This document shows, one piece after another, positions 12,633 through 20,650 of a DNA stretch of 64,000 nucleotides. Location of the stretch: NCBI GenBank assembly GCA_028534125.1, contig CM052816.1, positions 19,780,001-19,844,000 on the forward strand, in the 5' to 3' direction. Under the pieces are notes generated by a model. It made no database searches. It saw nothing but the letters and a program-made list of their open reading frames with translations, and was not told the DNA's origin. This DNA is from Lama glama. Taxonomy: Eukaryota. The stretch's first letter is position 1; each line of letters opens with the position of its first letter. A program made the translations under genes and the position numbers.

Positions 12633-12860
12633 CCTTCCAAAAGTTGTTGTTGCATGCGCCCCTCTCAGCCTCCCCGCAATGTACTCTTTAAAACACGACT
12701 GACCAACATGCGCAATCTCTCTCCCCTGTGCTGTGCATCGGCACCCCCCCACACCCCCCGCGCGCTGGCTTCCTAGAACAGGCAGCCAGCAGGAGAGAGA
12801 GGGAGCGAGCGAGCGAGCAAGAGAGAGAGAGCGAGCGAGGGAGCGAGGAGCGCTAGCAGA
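12633..12860 (-). other. JADE2: Probable non-coding JADE2 first exon (5' boundary approximate)
   Basis: CT-rich leader (CTCG/CT repeats) in the CpG island, ending at donor AGG|GTGAGC (12632); contains three upstream ATGs. Confidence 0.65.
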
Positions 12861-12928
12861 TCTGTTGCAAAAACACAAAATAACGCCGAGGAGATGCGCA
12901 GGGCCAGGCGCCGGGGGTCGGATCTTAC

Positions 12929-13030
12929 CTTGCTCCACGGTGCCCTTCCAAGGGGCACTACCACCGGCTACGCGCCGCGGCGGGAGCCGGCGTGGGAAGG
13001 ATGCTCCTGAAACCCGGAGCTCATGGGGCT
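12929..13030 (-). other. JADE2: Candidate alternative 5' exon of JADE2
   Basis: Strong donor AAG|GTAAGA at 12928; possible acceptor GGGTTTCAG near 13007. Confidence 0.35.
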
Positions 13031-13196
13031 GGCGCGGGCAGGCGGGGGGCGCGCATCCATCCGGGGTCGTGGCGAGGGAGGCGGCCGGGCCCGTGGAGTC
13101 CCCGGCCCCGCACCCCTGCCGAGGACAGTCAGCCCGCCGGACCTAAGCCCTTGCGGCTAGTAGTGGGCGCAAAGTAACTCCATAGGCACTACTCAC

Positions 13197-13244
13197 CAAC
13201 CCCCCCAAATAGCTTCCAACTGCGATGGCCGCGGTCGGCACCAT
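13197..13244 (-). CDS. JADE2: Coding part of an alternative JADE2 first exon: 16-aa N-terminal extension MVPTAAIAVGSYLGGL
   Basis: ATG at 13244 directly after an in-frame TGA, then 48 nt to donor TTG|GTGAGT (13196), phase 0 and in frame with the exon 2 ATG. Resembles a recalled human isoform start, MVPTAAIAVGGYFLGG-MEEKR. Confidence 0.75.
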
Positions 13245-14650
13245 TCACCAACCCCCCTGTGTATGTTTCTGTTTCTTTTTAAACCAAGACTTCCTTGTGA
13301 TCTCTTTAGAAAAAAAATGTGTTGGGGTGGGGGTGGGGTGGGGGCGGGCGGGACGAGCGAGGGAGGGGGAGTAGCCACTTTTTTCATATTCACTCGGATC
13401 CCCACTCCTAACACCCCCCGGCCCCCTCCTCCCGCCGCCCAGTTTGGCTTCAGCAGCGGGTCCAGGTAGCGTTACAGGCCTCCGGGGGGGAGGGTGCCCT
13501 GCTGGGCCGCCCTCCTGCCTGCACCTCGGGCCCGGACTCCCTAGTGGCTCTGGGGCGCCCCCAGCCCGCCCTGTCCCCAGGGCCGGGCCCAAGCGGCGGC
13601 TGCGCCCGTGCAAGTCCCATCAGGTCTGCTCACACTTCACACACTCACACACATACCCCGCCCCTCCACTCTCTCACTCACACTTTCTGCTCACACCCCG
13701 CCCCCTTCGCGCCCCAGACCCGGGCGGCGCCCCCCGCAACCTTAAAAAAAAAAGAAAGCTTATACTTAAAAAAATCTTTTGGCGCCATATTAATGACGTA
13801 CTTAAAATTTGCCATTTCTCCCTGCGTCAAAAAGACGTTTCTTTGCAAATAACAGCCTGAAGGCGACACTCGCGGAGAGAACGAGGTTTGCACTGAGCAC
13901 CCCGCCTCCCGGGGTTACAGCGCTGGAAGACCCTCGCCCTAGGCCCTGCTCCTGAATCGCTGGTTTAAAAATGCGAATCGAATAAATCGCGTGGCGTTTT
14001 GCAGCGCCAGAAGTGAGCAGAAAGTGCTGGCAGGAGCAGAGGGGAGGGGCGCGCGCGAGTCTGGGGGAGGGGGCGCGGCTCTCCTCCCCCACCCACAGCA
14101 GATGGAAACTATGGTCCCAGGCGGGGGAAACTTGAAATTGTGGGCGACCTCTAGAAGGAGGGGCGGTCCGTAGAGAGGGTCCCTCTCAGGTTCGTTGTCC
14201 CCTCCCCCCGCCCGGTGTCTCCTGGCGCCCAGCTCTGCCCCGCATTTCCGGGGGGTGGGGAACGCAGTGATGGGTGGGTGGGTGACTGTACATCCAGGCC
14301 CCAATAGGAGTTTGCCCCCGGGTATCCACTTCCCCCTTGTTTGTCCTTTCCACTCCCCCTAAAGGGTTAAAAACCGAGGGGCAACTTCCAAGGACTGGCA
14401 CTTGGCGAGGAAGCGGGGCGCCCCTCTCCCCACCCTTCGCCTCCTCGCCCCTCCTCCTCCGGCTCCACTTCCCGACTTGACCTTGTGGTGCACAAACAGT
14501 GCGCTCGAATCCTCGCAGTTTCTGGAAGAAGAGCTTGCGCTCGCCAGGCGGGCGGGCTGTCGGGCGGCTCTCGGGCGGTGGCGGGGCCTTGGGTACGTTC
14601 CCGGTGCCGCGGGCCACACCCACCCAACCCGCTGCACCCGCCGCGCTCAC

Positions 14651-14800
14651 CTTCTCTCGAGGAAGGAGCAGGGCTGGCCTCCTGGATGGAAAGAAGTAGG
14701 GGGCACGCTGCTGCCTTCTCGGATGCTCCCAGATGGGGAGGGGGTGGTCTGGTCTTAGGCGGGGTTTGGTGGGGGAAGACCTGGGAGCCTGGCCCAGTAT
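14651..14800 (-). other. JADE2: Candidate distal JADE2 first exon (5' boundary unknown)
   Basis: Strong donor AAG|GTGAGC at 14650, at the distal edge of the CpG island. Confidence 0.4.
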
Positions 14801-15541
14801 CCTCAAAGCATCATTGCCAACTTTTTCTTCCCTCTCCCTTTTGGCAGCCCCTCAAAGATGATACAATAATTTTTTCAGCTCACCTTTGGCTTTGAAGGCA
14901 CATGGGTGAGTTGTGAACTGGGACAGGAACCGCCTTCCCTCTCCAAGACTGAAAGTTGTTTATTCTTTCTTTCCCCTCCACCCCCTTCCGTGGAAAGATA
15001 AATATTCAGTTTACATAAGATGACATTTATGTGACAATTAAGAAGATTCCCCGATGGAATGTTGTGAACACATTTGCTTATAGAAGAAATAAATCTAATA
15101 ATAAACAAACTCATAATAACAGCACAAATCCTCCGACAGGGAGGATTGTCTACACAACAAAGAGAGAGATGATGGATACCGAAATAAGCACTTTTTGCAA
15201 CAGGAAAGAAATATGAGGGAGTCACTGCAACATTTCTCTTCCTTCGTCTTCATTCACAAAGTCTGGGGACACTTGTCTGGCAAGATTGAGGGGCTAGGTA
15301 TTACCACCCAATTAGACTGGCTCTAGCTTTCAATGGTCAGTAGGATTTTTCCAAGCTCCAGCTCAGTGCCTGGAAACAGACGTTGCAGGCTATGAGCGTG
15401 TAAAAAAATGGTTAAATACCTGGGTTCTAATGCTGGCTATGCAGTTCAGAAGCTGCTTCATGTAGGCAAGTGAATTCATCCCTGGGTCTCTTTCCTCTTC
15501 TGTAGAATGGAGGTGGTTTGAGGTTTCCTGAGGCTACACCT

Positions 15542-15568
<27 letters not shown>
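15542..15568. repeat. (CA)n microsatellite
   Basis: About 13 uninterrupted CA units. Confidence 0.95.
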
Positions 15569-15572
<4 letters not shown>

Positions 15573-16873
15573 AGGTGTAATGCATGGCCTGGTTCAGAGT
15601 ATACAGTGCATGTTAGCACTTTTCCTGGTTCCTACATTTTGGGAGGGTGAATGTGCCCCATGAAAGCTCCCAACATTGAGAAAGTGAGGAACAAGTACAA
15701 GAGGGCATATACAAGATCTCTCAGTGTGGGCAAAAGGGAAGGCCAGGAGAAAAAACTGTGAATGATGGTGGACTTCATGGTCAAGGTCCAGGTGACAGCC
15801 ACACATCTGAGATGAGAGTGAAGGTACCAGTTTACAGAGGCACAGTCCAAGGGGGTTCTTCTTGGGTCTAGTTGCAGAGGGTTTACATATAGGAGAGGAC
15901 TGGACAGGCTCCTCCTCTTAGCCATTAGGATCCCATGAACCTTAACAAGCGGTTATAAAATGACCTAGAGCTGGAAGAGGGAGGGGACGACCATTTATGG
16001 GGCACTTGCTCTGTGCTGTGGACTTTGCTAGCCATCCTATTTTATCCTCTCAAAAGCCCCATGTTACCCATCTCAGAAAGGTTTAGCAACTTACGAATTA
16101 CTGGCAAGTGGTGGCAGAACTGGCACCTAGTCCAGTAGACTTTGAGATCTAGGTTTTTTCCATTTTCCCACACTGCCAGAAATAAAAAGTATTAGTATTA
16201 TTGGTTTGATTGAGGATGGAAGCCTGATTGCTGTATTGGCATGATAGAATTTTATGGACAGCACTTTGTCTCAGAGGTGGTTCCCTGAGTTTGGGTGAGA
16301 CCCAGGTCACCTAAAGAGTCCTTGGAAGATACCTCTTGCTTAGGATTGGAAGCTCCATCAGAATCCTTGGCTTCCCACATGTTTCTACTACTGTTTAAGG
16401 TCAACCTTAGAAATGTAAACAGAATGATAGCAATTATGCTAATTATAACTCCTTAATCCTTATTAAAAGTCTCACAAATCATTCATTAACTTTTTACAGA
16501 AAAAAAAAAAGAAACACAGTGTTCTTGGAGATGTAATCATTCATTTTTTTCAACAAATATTTATTGAATGCCTTCTGTATGCTAGGCATCATTCTAGGTG
16601 CTAGGGACACAGCACAAACATGACAGACAAAAATGCCTACTCTCATGGAACTCACTTTCCAGTTAAAGGCAATACACATTAAAAATATTAAATTATCATA
16701 TTTGAAGTTGAGTAAGTGCTGTGGAGAAAAAATTAAGTAGAAAAGGGGGTTGAGGAATGTGAGGATACAATTTAAATAGAGTCCCCAGGGAAGAGCTCAC
16801 TGAGAAGTGGCTTTTGAGTAAAAGGAGATGAAAGAATGAGCTGTGAGGATTTGGGGGGAAGAGCATTCTAATC

Positions 16874-17373
16874 TAAGGATTCTTAACCTGATGTCTGCAG
16901 ACATCACCCTTCAGAGGTCTGAGGATAGAATTCAGGGAGTCTTGACTTTAGACAGGAGAAAAATTTTATCTTTATTTGCACCAACTAAAACTTAGTATGT
17001 TCTTTGATTATGAATGCAGACAGCAAACCACAGTGATATCAGCAGCACCTGTGACACTGTTGCTAGTAGAATCACAGATATTTTCATATCATATTATAGT
17101 TGTTGCACCTATCTTAAAATATCATCACACTCATCACTACTTCAAAATTATGCTGCTACTTCTTGTAATTTAACGAATTAATAAGAAACACATAATTACT
17201 ATATCATACATTTTTAAAATATTTTGAGAGTTGTATTTCAATATAATTGATTTTCTTTATAATTTATGAAATTTATTTTATGGATTTAAATGTATTATAC
17301 TCAGAGGGAGCCCACAAGCATCACAGGCTGCCAAAGGGGTCCCTGGCATGAAATAAAAAGTTAAGAACCACTG
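16874..17373. mobile_element. hAT-Charlie DNA transposon, Charlie4a-like
   Basis: TIR-like ends (taaggattcttaacc ... gttaagaaccactg); internal sequence matches the recalled Charlie4a consensus (gcaaaccacagtgat...cacagatattttcatatc). Confidence 0.8.
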
Positions 17374-18144
17374 TCTCTAAAGAGAGACCAGCAAGTGCAA
17401 AACATTGAGGCAGGAATGTACAACTTAATATGTAGATGTACAAGGAAGAGATTATACAGGGCTTTGTTAGGAATTTGGCTTCTGCTAAGAGTAATGTGGA
17501 GGGTCTTGAGCAGAAGAATGACATGATCTGACACTGAATTTTACAGGTCACTGTTGTCAGATGGAGGACAAGACTGACGGGAAAAGGCTGAAGCAGAAAG
17601 GTAAGTTAGAAGGTCACTATAATAAAACAGGTTGAGACATGATGTTAATTTGGACTAGCGTGGTAGCAATGGAAGTGGTCAAATTCTGTATAAATTATGA
17701 AGACAGCTCTGACAGGATTTGTTGATGAGGTATGCGAAAACAGTAAGTCAAAGATGATGACAAGAACTCTGCCTTGAACCAATGCAAAATGGAGTTGCTA
17801 TTAACTGAGATGGGGAAAACTGTGGAAGGAATAGGTTTGCGGGGAGGATAAGGAGCTCAGCATTAGACATGTTAAGCTTGAGATGCATATTAGATATCCA
17901 AGTGCAGCCATCCTGTAGGCAGCTAGAAATGGCAGCCTCAGCCCAGGGGCAAGGTCTGGGGAAGACATCATTTGAGAGTGGTCAGCAGGTGGGTGGTATT
18001 TAAAGCTGTAGGACTGTTTGAGATCACCAAGGAAATGAGTGTAGAAAGGGAAAAGGTCCAAGGATGGCGTCCTTGGGCACCGCAAGGTCAAGAGGTCTGG
18101 AAGATGAAGAAGAATCGGCAAGATGCTGTTTAAAAAAAGAAGTA

Positions 18145-18586
18145 TCCAGACATTTCTCCAGAAAGATACAAATGGCCAATAAGCACATGAAAAGATGCTT
18201 AACATCACTCATCATTAGGGAAATGCAAATCAAAACTACAATTAGGTACCACCTCACGCCTGTTAGGATGGCTACCACTAAAAAAAACAGAAAATAACAA
18301 GTGTTGACAAGGATGTGGAGAAATTAGAATGCCTGTGCACTTTTGGTGGGAATATTAAAAATAGTACAGCCACTGTGGAAAACAGTATGGCCATTCCTCA
18401 AAAAATTAAAAATAGAATTACCATATGATCCAGTAATTCCATTTCTCATATATATATAAAGAATTGAAAGCAGAATCTTGAACAGATATTTGTACACTCA
18501 TGTTCACAGCAGCATTATTCATAATAGCTAAAACGTTGAGGCAACCCAAGTGCCCACTGATGGATGAATGGATAAGCAAAATGCAG

Positions 18587-18626
<40 letters not shown>

Positions 18627-19079
18627 CACACACACATACATACATACACATACACAAAGAGAGAGAGAGAGAAATATCATTCAAATTTTAAAAGGAAGGA
18701 AATTCTGCAATTGCTACAACATGGATGAACCTTGAGGTCCTTATGCTGAGTGAAATAAGCCAGTCACAAAAAAAAACAAATACTGTATGATTCCACTTGT
18801 ATGAGATATCTAGAGTGGTGAAATTCATAGAGAAAGAAAGTAGAATGGTGATTGCCAAGGGGTGGGGAAAGGGAAAAATAGGGAGTTATTATTTAACAGA
18901 TAAAGAGTTTCACTTTTACAAGATAAAAGAGTTCTGGAGATGGATGGTGGTGATGGTCGCATAACAATGTGAATATACTTAATGTAAGTGAACTTACACT
19001 TAAAAATGGTTGAGATAGTAAAATTTATGTTATGAATATTTCCCTACAATAAAAAAAACTTAAAAAAAAACAACCAAAG
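18145..19079 (+). mobile_element. 5'-truncated L1 (L1MA/MB-like): ORF2 C-terminus, 3' UTR and A-tail
   Basis: Peptide [42 protein letters not shown]; degenerate TSD ttaaaaaa(a)g(a/g)agta at ~18130-18144 and ~19080-19093; internal (TA)(TG)(CA)(GA) microsatellite at 18588-18672. Confidence 0.9.
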
Positions 19080-19232
19080 TTAAAAAAGGAGTAACAGCAT
19101 TCAGAGAGATAGAAGGAAGGTCCTGGAAACCAGGTGAAGAGAACTTCAGGAGGGAAGAAAGCCCTATGTCCAAAGCTGCCAAGGGTCAGGTAAGGTAAGG
19201 ACTGATAATTGATCATTAAGTTCAGCCACATT

Positions 19233-19376
19233 AGCGGGGGAGGATATAGCTTGAGTGGTAGAGCACAGGCTTAGCATACATAAGGTCTTGGGTTCAATCC
19301 CTAGTACCTCCTCCAAAACCGAATAAATATAATTACCTCCCCCTAAAAATTAAAATAAATAAATAATTAAAAAAAA
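19233..19376 (+). mobile_element. tRNA-Ala-derived SINE, camelid Vic-1-like
   Basis: A/B boxes (tagcttgagtgg; ggttcaatcc), aattacctcccc tail, A-rich end; perfect 16-bp TSD TAAGTTCAGCCACATT (19217-19232, 19377-19392). Confidence 0.88.
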
Positions 19377-19779
19377 TAAGTTCAGCCACATTGAGGCCAC
19401 TGGTGATCTTGAGAAGAGCTGTATCAATGGAGTGGCAAGAGCACAAGTGTGAACAAGTGAAGAGAGTGGAACGTTTATAGTTATTACAGCTTGTTATAAG
19501 ATTCTACCTAAAAATGAGATGTCCTCTGTATATACACATTTGTAGAAATAGACAGTTATGTATGCATAGAAATTCAATAGGAACAACTTTTGTTGAGGAT
19601 ATTCCAGATGCCAGGCCCGATAAGGGATGCTACAGATACTGAGAGAAATAAAACACCTTCACTGCCTTCCAAGATTTCGTAAGAGTTTACAATCTAGCAA
19701 ACTTTGTGGGCATATAAAATACACACAAAGTGATATTTGTGGCTAAATATACACAGTCAGTCTGGGTATCAGTTTTCCT

Positions 19780-20175
19780 GGTGTAATAGACAATATGGTT
19801 AAAAATGTGGATTCCAGATTCAGGCAGTTGTGGGTTTGAGTCCTGTAGCCACCATTCGTCAGTGGTGTGACTTTGTACAAGTCAGTAAATTCCTCTGTGC
19901 CTCAATTTTCTCCTCTGTAAATTAGGAATACAATAATTTCCAAACTTTAGTGTGTCTCGGATGCTTATTTAAAATACAGATTTCTAGACCTCATCTCCAA
20001 AGGTTCTCAATGGGCAGGTCTGGGGTAGGAGCTGGGGATCTGTATTTTCACCAAGCATCTGGTCATGCTTGATGCCCTTGGCCTTCAACCACACTTTGTA
20101 AAACACTGAGAGCTTATTCACATGGTATCGAGCATTGGCCTAGCATTCACTAATTGCTCATTAGATAATAGCCAT
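19780..20175. mobile_element. MIR interrupted by a MER5A-like hAT element (~19931-20108)
   Basis: MIR core (ctgtgcctcaattttctcctctgtaaa) followed by aaaatacagatttctagacc...ggtctggggtaggag...ccacactttgtaaaacactg. Confidence 0.65.
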
Positions 20176-20504
20176 TCTTCCTGGGGTTCTTAATGGGAAC
20201 AAAAAAAACCTTTCTAATAACTTGAAATTTACATCCAGAAGCAGAGGTCCAGCGTACCCTAAGCATGCTAAATTGAGAAAATAGCACGAGAATCATTCAA
20301 CATTTATTCATCAAATATTCATTGAGTGCCTACTATGTTCTAGATAGTATTCAAGGGCAGAAAATATCTGACTCAATAATTTGTCTGAGTCATCAAGGTA
20401 GGCAGAAGCCCAGATGCAGTTAGCCACTGTCTCTAGTAGCCAACCTCTATGCCAGGTAAGAAGGCCTATGTTCACTCACTAACTGTTTAAGGCATTATTT
20501 GTCC

Positions 20505-20650
20505 AACCATAATATGCACCTGGATTTCGTTCAAGTGCAGATTCTGATTCATTAGGTCTGGGTTGGGGCCTGAGAGTCTGTATTTCTGACAAGTTCCCAG
20601 GTGATGCTAATGCTGCTGGTTGACAGATCATGCTTAAAGTAGCAAAGGTT
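20505..20650. mobile_element. MER5A/MER5A1-like hAT element
   Basis: gcagattctgattcattaggtctgggttggggcctgagagtctgtatttctgacaagttcccaggtgatgctaatgctgctgg. Confidence 0.8.

Larger units (their letters stand above)
11030..14760. promoter_or_regulatory. JADE2: Large CpG island / JADE2 promoter region
   Basis: Very high GC and CpG density compared with the CpG-depleted flanks. Many GC boxes, NRF1-like GCGCATG motifs (12651-12659, 12707-12714), E2F-like TTTTGGCGCC (13777-13786), CRE-like TGACGTA and TGCGTCA (13794, 13823). Confidence 0.93.
16534..19460 (-). mobile_element. L2 LINE (3' ~1.3 kb) split by Charlie4a, L1 and SINE insertions
   Basis: L2 3' end (aatcattcatt...caacaaatatttattgaatgcc) at 16534; L2-like sequence resumes at ~17380-18127 and ~19094-19460. 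Confidence 0.75.

Noticed and set aside
10997..14895. Many long ORFs (up to 270 aa) on both strands in the CpG island
   Set aside because: Low-complexity P/G/R/A translations are expected from stop-poor GC-rich DNA; many start at non-ATG codons and none has a recognisable domain.
15594..15925. Possible processed pseudogene or small ORF (MAKRRSLSSPLL...)
   Set aside because: I could not recognise a parent protein and saw no poly(A) or TSD; a tBLASTn/BLASTx search would be needed to revive it.
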